From positions 1 to 36,275 of IMG/VR virus record IMGVR_UViG_3300043178_000066: DNA of 36,275 nucleotides; one strand, written 5' to 3'. Shown piece by piece: positions 19,098 through 25,876 of the stretch. Source of the DNA: a virus (lineage: Duplodnaviria > Caudoviricetes). Position 1 is the first letter of the stretch, and every line of letters starts with the position of its first letter. A model generated the notes under the pieces. That model ran no database searches. It worked only from the letters and a program-made list of their open reading frames with translations, and had not been told where the DNA came from. A program made the position numbers and the translations under genes.

Positions 19098-19450
19098 TGC
19101 CCGCAATCACTGACCCGAACCTGGGACTCAACTACGGCTGGACTCTCGGCGAGAGCGGCTGGGGCGCCGGCATGGACGCCAACATCAAGCGGCTGGGCGC
19201 CGTCGTCAGCCTCTCGGTCAAAGACCGCGATCTGGCCACGCCACCCGCCAGCCCGGTTAACGGCGACCGTTACCTCATTCCCGCTGGCGCAACCGGCGTC
19301 TGGAGCGGCAAGACCGACCAGATCGCGGCGCGCATCGCGGGCGTCTGGGAATACCACATCCCAAAAGTCGGCTGGCTGTGCTTCATCGAGGACGAGGCAG
19401 TGCTCTCGGCCTACAAGGCCACCGGCTGGAGTCCCGGTATCGCCATCTGA
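19097..19450 (+). CDS. DUF2793-domain tail protein (117 aa)
   Basis: GGAGG RBS. Motif SVKDRDLATPPASPVNGDRYLIPAGATGVWSGK...W...P..GW. Confidence 0.82.
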   Translation: MPAITDPNLGLNYGWTLGESGWGAGMDANIKRLGAVVSLSVKDRDLATPPASPVNGDRYLIPAGATGVWSGKTDQIAARIAGVWEYHIPKVGWLCFIEDEAVLSAYKATGWSPGIAI

Positions 19451-19471
19451 TCCCTTTCCACCGAACCCCAG

Positions 19472-19503
19472 AAACCCGCCCTCGTGGCGGGTTTTGCATT
19501 TCT
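19472..19503 (+). terminator. Rho-independent terminator-like hairpin between tail and lysis genes
   Basis: AAACCCGCC-ctcgt-GGCGGGTTT forms a perfect 9-bp stem, followed by a T-rich tail (TGCATTTCT). Confidence 0.7.
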
Positions 19504-19515
19504 GGAGCCCACCCT

Positions 19516-19815
19516 ATGACTGACCCGCAAAAACCTGTCCCGGTCGACAACATGCTCCTTCTGCGCAAGGAGGACTTCGAAGACCTTCTGGACCGCGCCG
19601 CTGAGCGCGGTGCAAGGCGCGCCCTGGCCGATGTTGGCTTGGACGGTGACGACGCCGCCCACGACATTCGAGAACTGCGCGGCCTGCTCGATGCCTTCAA
19701 CACCGCCAAGCACACCGCCTGGCAGACCGTCATCAAGATGGTCACCACCGGATTCCTGCTCGCGCTGGTGGCAGGCGCCCTCATCAAGTTCAAGGTGTTC
19801 GGAGGTGGCCAATGA
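19516..19815 (+). CDS. DUF6127-like membrane protein of the lysis cassette (99 aa)
   Basis: GGAG RBS and ATG 19516. AAERGARRALADVGL...DIRELRGLL motif with a C-terminal TM helix. Confidence 0.72.
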   Translation: MTDPQKPVPVDNMLLLRKEDFEDLLDRAAERGARRALADVGLDGDDAAHDIRELRGLLDAFNTAKHTAWQTVIKMVTTGFLLALVAGALIKFKVFGGGQ

Positions 19816-20288
19816 TCGAGACCCTTCTTGGTGGTCTGCTCGGCGGCGCGTTTCGCCTGGCACCTGAACTTCTCAAGTGGCTCGACCGTAAGGGCGAACG
19901 CGGCCACGAGCTGTCGATGCAGGACAAGGCGCTTGAATTCGAAAAGCTACGCGGTGCGCAGCGCATGGACGAAATCGGTGCCGGCGCCGATGCGGCATGG
20001 AACGTGGGCGCGATCGAGACGCTGCGCGAAGCGGTTCGCACTCAGGGGGAGAAAACTGGCGTCCGCTGGGCAGATGCCCTGTCGAGCAGCGTCCGCCCAG
20101 TCATCACCTACTGGTTCATGGCGCTGTACTGCACTGCCAAGACGGCTGCCTTCGTGGCTGCCATCGAAGGTGGGGCTGACTGGGGCGTCGCCATCGTCCA
20201 CGCATGGACCGACGCTGACCAAGCGTTGTGGGCTGGCGTGCTGAACTTCTGGTTCATCGGGCGCGTGTTCGACCGGGTGAGGCCATGA
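19812..20288 (+). CDS. Putative holin, GTA 3TM-holin-like (158 aa)
   Basis: ATGA overlaps at both ends. Hydrophobic N-terminus, coiled coil, VRPVITY motif, two further hydrophobic segments and an FWFIGR end. Directly before the endolysin. Confidence 0.55.
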   Translation: MIETLLGGLLGGAFRLAPELLKWLDRKGERGHELSMQDKALEFEKLRGAQRMDEIGAGADAAWNVGAIETLREAVRTQGEKTGVRWADALSSSVRPVITYWFMALYCTAKTAAFVAAIEGGADWGVAIVHAWTDADQALWAGVLNFWFIGRVFDRVRP

Positions 20289-20746
20289 CCCAGATTCCCC
20301 AGGCAGCCATCACCCTGGCCAAGCGCTTCGAGGGATTCCATCGAATTCCGAGCTCAGATCCTCTGCGCCGGGCCCATCCCTACATCTGCCCGGCCGGCTA
20401 CTGGACGATTGGCTACGGGCGTTTGTGCAAGCCAGACCATCCACCGATCAACGAGGAAGAGGGCGAGATCTACTTGCGTCAGGACCTGCGCACAGCACTC
20501 GCCGCCACGCTGCGCTATTGCCCGGTGTTGGCCACCGAACCCGAGGGGCGCCTCGCGACCATCGTGGACTTCACGTTCAATCTCGGTGCGGGGCGGCTGC
20601 AGACATCTACGCTGCGGCGGCGCATCAATCAGCGGGACTGGCCGAGCGCAGCCCATGAGCTACGCCGATGGATTTATGGCGGCGGAAAAGTGCTGCCCGG
20701 TCTGGTCACCCGGCGAGAGGCCGAAATAGCTCTGCTGGTCGGCTGA
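20285..20746 (+). CDS. Endolysin, GH24 lysozyme (153 aa)
   Basis: Motifs FEG...YICPAGYWTIGYG, DFTFNLG, STLRRRIN and LPGLVTRREAE. Confidence 0.93.
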   Translation: MTQIPQAAITLAKRFEGFHRIPSSDPLRRAHPYICPAGYWTIGYGRLCKPDHPPINEEEGEIYLRQDLRTALAATLRYCPVLATEPEGRLATIVDFTFNLGAGRLQTSTLRRRINQRDWPSAAHELRRWIYGGGKVLPGLVTRREAEIALLVG

Positions 20747-20766
20747 CCCCGCATTCAGTTCGGCCA

Positions 20767-20810
20767 CGGTGGAGGGAAGTTGCAATGTCATGCACTCCCG
20801 GCCTCCACTG
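20767..20810. repeat. Imperfect inverted repeat after the endolysin gene
   Basis: Outer arms CGGTGGAGG (20767-75) and CCTCCACTG (20802-10). Inner TGCA-atgtca-TGCA. Confidence 0.5.
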
Positions 20811-20860
20811 AACCCAATTTGATCCTATCCAATCATACCTAATCCACCCTAACCTGATTT
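20811..20860 (+). repeat. Degenerate 5-bp tandem array (10 units) upstream of the HTH gene
   Basis: aaccc aattt gatcc tatcc aatca tacct aatcc accct aacct gattt; consensus DAYYY. Confidence 0.75.
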
Positions 20861-20886
20861 ACAGGGTCGTGGATTCGTGCGATCAT
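20858..20886 (+). promoter_or_regulatory. Candidate sigma70 promoter of the defence operon
   Basis: TTTACA (20858-63), a 17-bp spacer, then GATCAT (20881-86), with extended -10 TG at 20878-79. Confidence 0.5.
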
Positions 20887-20930
20887 CTGCAAGTTACCCA
20901 AACTCCGACTTCTTGATGGAAATCGACGTC

Positions 20931-21128
20931 ATGTCAGATCGCTGGTTGTCGGTCGAGGAGATCGCCGAGTACCTCGGCGTGAGCAAGGACACCGTTTATG
21001 CGTGGATCAGCAAGCGGAACATGCCTGCTCATCGAATCGGCCGACTTTGGAAATTCAAGACCGAGGAAGTCGACGAATGGGTGCGGTCTGGTGGCGCCGC
21101 AGAGAACGAGAGTCGAGGCAAGGAATGA
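20931..21128 (+). CDS. Excisionase-like (HTH_17, MerR-type wHTH) DNA-binding protein (65 aa)
   Basis: MSDRWLSVEEIAEYLGVSKDTVYAWI...MPAHRIGRLWKFKTEEVDEWV. Alternative start at 20916. Confidence 0.9.
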   Translation: MSDRWLSVEEIAEYLGVSKDTVYAWISKRNMPAHRIGRLWKFKTEEVDEWVRSGGAAENESRGKE

Positions 21129-21193
21129 ATGACTTGCGTATGACGGGTTTCGATCGCCTCATCCGACGGTCGAAACGAAATGAGGAGATTTGA
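21125..21193 (+). CDS. Possible 22-codon leader/coupling peptide
   Basis: ATG overlaps the HTH stop (ATGA) and has GAGG 6 nt upstream. MNDLRMTGFDRLIRRSKRNEEI* ends 1 nt before the MTase GTG. Confidence 0.3.
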   Translation: MNDLRMTGFDRLIRRSKRNEEI

Positions 21194-21194
21194 T

Positions 21195-22238
21195 GTGACA
21201 ACGATTTCTTGTGTCGATTTGTTCTGCGGAGCGGGCGGGCTGACGCACGGCTTCGTTCTCGAGGGGCTGCCCGTGGTCGCCGGCATCGACCTGGACCCGG
21301 CCTGCCGCTTTCCGTATGAAGCGAATAACCAGGCCCGATTCGTCGAACGCGACATCAGTAAGGTCACGGTGCCCGAACTGAATACGCTGTTCGGCGACGC
21401 CGACCTGACGATCCTCGCGGGCTGTGCCCCGTGCCAACCCTTCTCGACATACGCGCAGCGTTACGAACTGGACGGGAAGGATGGCAAGTGGGGCCTGCTT
21501 TATGAGTTCGCGCGTCTCGCCAAAGGCGCCAAGCCCGATGTCATCACGATGGAGAACGTCCCCACCGTCGCGAAGCACGAGGTGTTTCATGACTTCGTCG
21601 ATACGCTGAAACGGCTCGGCTACAACGTCTGGTTCGATGTCGTCGACAGCTCCCGCTACGGCGTGCCGCAGATGCGGCGGCGCATGGTGCTGCTGGCGTC
21701 GAGGCATGGCGACATCGAGATGATCGAACCGACCCACGATAAACCGAAGACGGTTCGCCAGGCCATAGGTCGCTTGCGCCCATTGAATGCCGGCGAGGCG
21801 GCCCCGAGGGACAAATTACACGTTACCTCGACGCTATCCGAAAAGAATCTCAAGCGGATCAAGGCCTCCAAACCAGGCGGCACCTGGCGTGACTGGCCAG
21901 AAGATCTCGTCGCCGATTGTCACCGTGCAGAGAGCGGACGTACCTATCCGGGCGTCTACGGCCGCATGGAGTGGGACAAGCCTGCACCCACCATGACGAC
22001 GCAGTGCTACGGCTTCGGCAACGGCCGTTTCGGACACCCGGAGCAAGATCGAGCCATCTCGCTGAGAGAGGCCGCGATTCTCCAGAGCTTTCCGCGTGAT
22101 TACGCCTTCGTGCCGGATGACGGCGAGGTGAGTTTCAAGGTTCTCGGGCGGCTCATCGGCAATGCGGTTCCCGTCGATCTCGGTCGAGCCATCGCGCGCA
22201 GTATCAACACCCATCTCGCGTCGGTCGCGAACCGATGA
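21195..22238 (+). CDS. DNA (cytosine-5) methyltransferase, M.HgiDII-like (predicted target GTCGAC)
   Basis: GAGGAG lies 7 nt before GTG 21195. Motifs I FCGAGG, IV GCAPCQ, VI ENV, VIII QMRRR and X GNAV. The variable region (PGGTWRDWPEDL..CH...YGRMEWDK.APT.TTQC.G.GNGRFGHPEQDRAISLREAA) closely matches M.HgiDII as recalled. Confidence 0.93.
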   Translation: MTTISCVDLFCGAGGLTHGFVLEGLPVVAGIDLDPACRFPYEANNQARFVERDISKVTVPELNTLFGDADLTILAGCAPCQPFSTYAQRYELDGKDGKWGLLYEFARLAKGAKPDVITMENVPTVAKHEVFHDFVDTLKRLGYNVWFDVVDSSRYGVPQMRRRMVLLASRHGDIEMIEPTHDKPKTVRQAIGRLRPLNAGEAAPRDKLHVTSTLSEKNLKRIKASKPGGTWRDWPEDLVADCHRAESGRTYPGVYGRMEWDKPAPTMTTQCYGFGNGRFGHPEQDRAISLREAAILQSFPRDYAFVPDDGEVSFKVLGRLIGNAVPVDLGRAIARSINTHLASVANR

Positions 22239-22259
22239 CCAACTGACGAGGGCCTCCCG

Positions 22260-22715
22260 ATGTCGCGCGTTCAGCCCTCGTCCCCCGAGACCAGTCGCCG
22301 CATGGCGAAGGTTCGGCAGAAGGGAACCGACGCCGAGATCGCACTACGACGAGAGCTTTACCGAGGAGGTCTGCGCTACCGGATCGACTACGAGGTCATG
22401 AAGAAACCCCGCCGCGTGGCGGACGTGGCATTTCCGGGCTTGAGGATCGCCATCTTCGTCGATGGGTGCTTCTGGCACGGTTGCCCCGAGCATGCCACCT
22501 GGCCGAAGCAGAACGCCGAGTTCTGGCGGCAGAAGATCGAGGCGAATCGCCACAGAGACGCCGACACGAATTCGAGGCTACTCGATGCCGGTTGGACGGT
22601 GCTGCGATTCTGGGAGCACGAGTCACCGATACGAGCTGCAGAGACCGTCGCACAGACGGTCGCCATGGCGAAAGCGAAACGCTGCACATCGCCTGTCGCA
22701 AATGAGAAGAACTGA
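22260..22715 (+). CDS. vsr: Very short patch repair endonuclease
   Basis: Motifs SRRMAKVR...TDAE, ADVAF, FVDGCFWHGCP and RFWEHE. Adjacent to a C5 MTase. Confidence 0.93.
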   Translation: MSRVQPSSPETSRRMAKVRQKGTDAEIALRRELYRGGLRYRIDYEVMKKPRRVADVAFPGLRIAIFVDGCFWHGCPEHATWPKQNAEFWRQKIEANRHRDADTNSRLLDAGWTVLRFWEHESPIRAAETVAQTVAMAKAKRCTSPVANEKN

Positions 22716-22723
22716 ACAGGAAG

Positions 22724-25700
22724 ATGGCAGACCGCATGGAAATCTCGAACGATCAGAAGCACCAGTCCTACCGCGCCCGCCCGGAACCCGGCCAATTGGT
22801 CGAGGTTCGCCGACGCCAGTGGGTCGTGGCGGATGTCGCCTCTTCGAAATTGGAATCGGCTTCGGCGTCGCAGAACTGCGTGACGCTTTCATCCATCGAT
22901 GAGGATGGGCTCGGTGAGGAATTGGAGGTCATCTGGGAGATCGAGCCCGGCGCACAGGTCATTGAGCGTGCAGGCTTGCCATCCATCACAGGGCAGGACG
23001 ACTCGGACACGCTCGAAGCCTTCCTCGATGCTGTCCGTTGGGGTGCTGCCACCAATGCCGACAGGGGGTTCCTGCAAGCGCCGTTCCGTAGCGGCGTCAG
23101 CATCGAGGACTTCCAGCTCGACCCTCTGGTGCGTGCCATCGACATGGCCCGCGTCAACCTGCTCATCGCCGACGATGTCGGCCTGGGCAAGACCATCGAG
23201 GCCGGGCTGGTCATCCAGGAGATGCTGCTGCGGCATCGCGCCCGTACCGTCCTGATCATCTGCCCTGCATCCCTGCAGGAGAAGTGGCGCGTCGAGATGC
23301 TGGAGAAGTTCGGTCTCGACTTCCGCATCGTCGACACCGCCTATATCAAGCAGTTGCGGCGAGAACGCGGTATCCATGCCAATCCATGGACATCCCATCC
23401 ACGTCTCATCGCCTCGATGGACTGGGTCAAGAGTGGCGAGGGTTTGCGCGCCATGCGCGACGTGCTCCCGTCACATGCCGGCCACCCGCGCAAATTCGAT
23501 CTCCTGGTCGTCGACGAAGCCCACAACATCGCCCCTGCCGCCGGGGCACATTACGCGCTGGAGAGTCAGCGGACCCGCTTCATCCGCGCGATCAGCCCGC
23601 ACTTCCAGCATCGCCTGTTCCTGACCGCAACACCGCACAACGGCTACACCGAATCCTTCACCTCGCTGCTGGAATTGCTCGACGACCAGCGTTTCGCCCG
23701 GAACATCCTCCCCGACGAGAAGCAGCTGAGTCAGGTGATGATCCGCCGCCTGAAGAGCGATCTGGTCGATGCCGACGGCAAACCGCTGTATACCCAGCGC
23801 AAGCTGCAGGCACTGGCGGTCCCTTACACGGCCGAGGAACGGGATATCCACCAGAAGCTGAACGATTACTGCGCCAGTCGAGAGAAAGACGCGGAGAAGA
23901 CCGGAAGCACGTTCGGCACCTCGTTCGTCAACCAGTTGCTCAAGAAGCGTCTGTTCTCGTCGCCTGCCGCGTTCGCTTCCACGCTCGAGAAGCACGTCGC
24001 CTCGCTGGCGAACGGCACCAGCCCAAAAGCTCGAGATGCCATGTCCGAGCGCATCCTGCGCAAAGCCATCCTCAAAGTGGATGAGGATTACGCCGACGAT
24101 GAGGAAGTCGAGAACGCCCAGTCGGAGGCCGTCGAGGAGGCATCGCGCCGATCCCAGCCGCTGACGCCAGATCAGCAACGGATTCTGGCCGACTTGCGGC
24201 AATGGGCACAGCGCGCCAAGAACCAGACCGACTCCAAGGCCAGGGCGATCCTCGACTGGCTCTCGGCCAATCTCAAGCCGGGCGGCCAGTGGAACGATCG
24301 CCGGGTGATCCTGTTCACCGAATACCGCACCACGCACCAGTGGATGCACGAGATCCTCGCCAGTCACGGCTTCGGCGGTGAACGTCTCAGCCTGCTCCAC
24401 GGTGGACTCACCCAGGACGAGCGCGAACCCATCAAAGCGGCCTTTCAGGCCTCGCCCAAGGACTCCCCTGTCCGCATCCTGCTCGCGACCGATGCTGCCT
24501 CGGAGGGTATCGACCTGCAGAACCACTGCAATCGGCTCATCCATTTGGAGATCCCCTACAACCCGAACGTGATGGAGCAGCGTAACGGTCGTATCGACCG
24601 TCACGGCCAACGCGAGAAGGAAGTGCTGATCTGGCACCCCGTCGACGGCGGGGGGCAAGGCCGTGCTGCTGTGGGTGGCCATGGCGAGGACATCCTGCGA
24701 GCCCTGCGCAAGCTGGAGTCGATGCGCGCCGACATGGGCAGCGTCAACCCGGTCATCGCGCCGCAAATGTCCGGCCTCATCGAAGGCTCGCTGAGGGATC
24801 TCGACACTCGCCTCGCGGAGGCCAAGATCGCCAAGGCTCGGCGCTTCGTCCGCGCCGAACGTGAGCTGAAAGAGCGCGTCGCCAAGCTCCACGAACGTCT
24901 CTTGGCCACGCAGCAGGATTTCCACCTCACGCCTGACCACATCCAGATGGCGGTGAAGACCGGCCTCGCGCTGGCTGGCCGCCCCCCACTGGAACCCTTC
25001 GCCCTTCCGGATGCGCCCCAGGGCAGCGTATTCAGGATGCCACCTCTCTCGGGGTCGTGGGCACGTTGCCTGGAGGGGCTGCGTCACCCGCATACCCAGC
25101 AGATACGCCCCATCACCTTCGACCACGCGGTGGCCAAGGGACGAGACGATGTCGTTCTGGTCCATCTGAATCATCGACTGGTGCAGATGTGCCTGCGTCT
25201 GTTGCGCGCCGAAGTCTGGGCGCAGGACGACGTGAAGAAACTGCATCGAGTCACCGTGCGCACCTTGCCGGATGGCAGCATCGAAGGCCCGGCCGTGGTC
25301 GTCATCTCACGATTGGTCATCACCGGCGGCAATCATCATCGCCTTCACGAGGAGCTGACGGTATCGGCGGGCTACCTGCGCGATCAGTCGTTCCGGCGTG
25401 AAGAGGGCGTCACACGTGTCCAGCAGTGGCTGGATGAGGCGCAGCCCATCACAGCGAACGATGCGCTGTTCGATGCCTTCCGAGTGCGATTCGATCGAGC
25501 CCAGCAGGCCATCCTGCAAACGGTGGATGCCCGTTCCAAGGACAGGCTCAAGTTCCTGGCGAACACTCTGCAAAGCCGCAAGCAGCAGGAGATCGACGAC
25601 ATCGGCACGGTGCTCGACGAACTGGAGAAGGCGATCCAGAACGAGCTGAAGAAGGATCAACAACCCGAACAGCTCACGCTCTTCACCGAAGACGAGCGCA

Positions 25701-25876
25701 CCCAACTCAGACGCGATACCGCGGCACTGGAGGCACGCCTCGCACGCATACCCGCAGAAAGAATCCAGGAGATTCAAGCCATCGAGGCGCGCTACGCCAA
25801 GCTCGACGACCGCACCTTCCCGGTCGCGGTGATCTTTCTGGTTCCTGCATCCGCTGCAAAAGGGGGTGCAGCATGA
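22724..25876 (+). CDS. drmD: DISARM SNF2-like helicase DrmD (1050 aa)
   Basis: N-terminal PEPGQLVEVRRRQWVV. Motifs LIADDVGLGKT, DEAH, LTATPHNG, TDAASEGIDLQ and EQRNGRIDRHGQ. Followed by an adenine MTase and DrmA. Confidence 0.9.
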   Translation: MADRMEISNDQKHQSYRARPEPGQLVEVRRRQWVVADVASSKLESASASQNCVTLSSIDEDGLGEELEVIWEIEPGAQVIERAGLPSITGQDDSDTLEAFLDAVRWGAATNADRGFLQAPFRSGVSIEDFQLDPLVRAIDMARVNLLIADDVGLGKTIEAGLVIQEMLLRHRARTVLIICPASLQEKWRVEMLEKFGLDFRIVDTAYIKQLRRERGIHANPWTSHPRLIASMDWVKSGEGLRAMRDVLPSHAGHPRKFDLLVVDEAHNIAPAAGAHYALESQRTRFIRAISPHFQHRLFLTATPHNGYTESFTSLLELLDDQRFARNILPDEKQLSQVMIRRLKSDLVDADGKPLYTQRKLQALAVPYTAEERDIHQKLNDYCASREKDAEKTGSTFGTSFVNQLLKKRLFSSPAAFASTLEKHVASLANGTSPKARDAMSERILRKAILKVDEDYADDEEVENAQSEAVEEASRRSQPLTPDQQRILADLRQWAQRAKNQTDSKARAILDWLSANLKPGGQWNDRRVILFTEYRTTHQWMHEILASHGFGGERLSLLHGGLTQDEREPIKAAFQASPKDSPVRILLATDAASEGIDLQNHCNRLIHLEIPYNPNVMEQRNGRIDRHGQREKEVLIWHPVDGGGQGRAAVGGHGEDILRALRKLESMRADMGSVNPVIAPQMSGLIEGSLRDLDTRLAEAKIAKARRFVRAERELKERVAKLHERLLATQQDFHLTPDHIQMAVKTGLALAGRPPLEPFALPDAPQGSVFRMPPLSGSWARCLEGLRHPHTQQIRPITFDHAVAKGRDDVVLVHLNHRLVQMCLRLLRAEVWAQDDVKKLHRVTVRTLPDGSIEGPAVVVISRLVITGGNHHRLHEELTVSAGYLRDQSFRREEGVTRVQQWLDEAQPITANDALFDAFRVRFDRAQQAILQTVDARSKDRLKFLANTLQSRKQQEIDDIGTVLDELEKAIQNELKKDQQPEQLTLFTEDERTQLRRDTAALEARLARIPAERIQEIQAIEARYAKLDDRTFPVAVIFLVPASAAKGGAA

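Larger units (their letters stand above)
1..20746 (+). mobile_element. Prophage late (morphogenesis and lysis) region, lambda-like head with non-contractile tail; left part outside the window
   Basis: Contiguous co-oriented genes in canonical order (terminase, gpW, portal, protease, gpD, gpE, head-tail, tail tube, chaperones, TMP, tail tip, lysis) with many overlapping stop/start codons. No sheath gene. No integrase or att site identified in the window. Confidence 0.95.

Noticed and set aside
16911-19500. Diversity-generating retroelement or invertible tail-fibre cassette
   Set aside because: No reverse transcriptase, invertase or duplicated TR/VR segment was seen.
1-20746. Avoidance of the predicted GTCGAC target in the prophage
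   Set aside because: Sites are readily found (e.g. near 2044, 2421, 7018, 9475, 17555, 18564, 19543), so there is no visible depletion. A formal observed/expected count was not possible.
1-20746. Gene transfer agent or tailocin interpretation
   Set aside because: Despite the GTA-like holin and BR0599 genes, the full lambda-type terminase/portal/capsid set and 895-aa TMP fit an ordinary siphovirus prophage. Inducibility cannot be judged from this window.
20811-20860. CRISPR array, iterons or phase-variable microsatellite
   Set aside because: Units are only 5 bp, degenerate and have no spacers. They are too imperfect for slipped-strand variation, and no cas or rep gene is nearby.
21195-22238. 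Calling the C5 MTase DrmMII (class II DISARM hybrid)
   Set aside because: No drmE is seen, the locus has class I drmD/drmMI, and the enzyme resembles M.HgiDII with a candidate cognate endonuclease in the operon. A functional role in DISARM is not excluded, but the symbol is unsupported.
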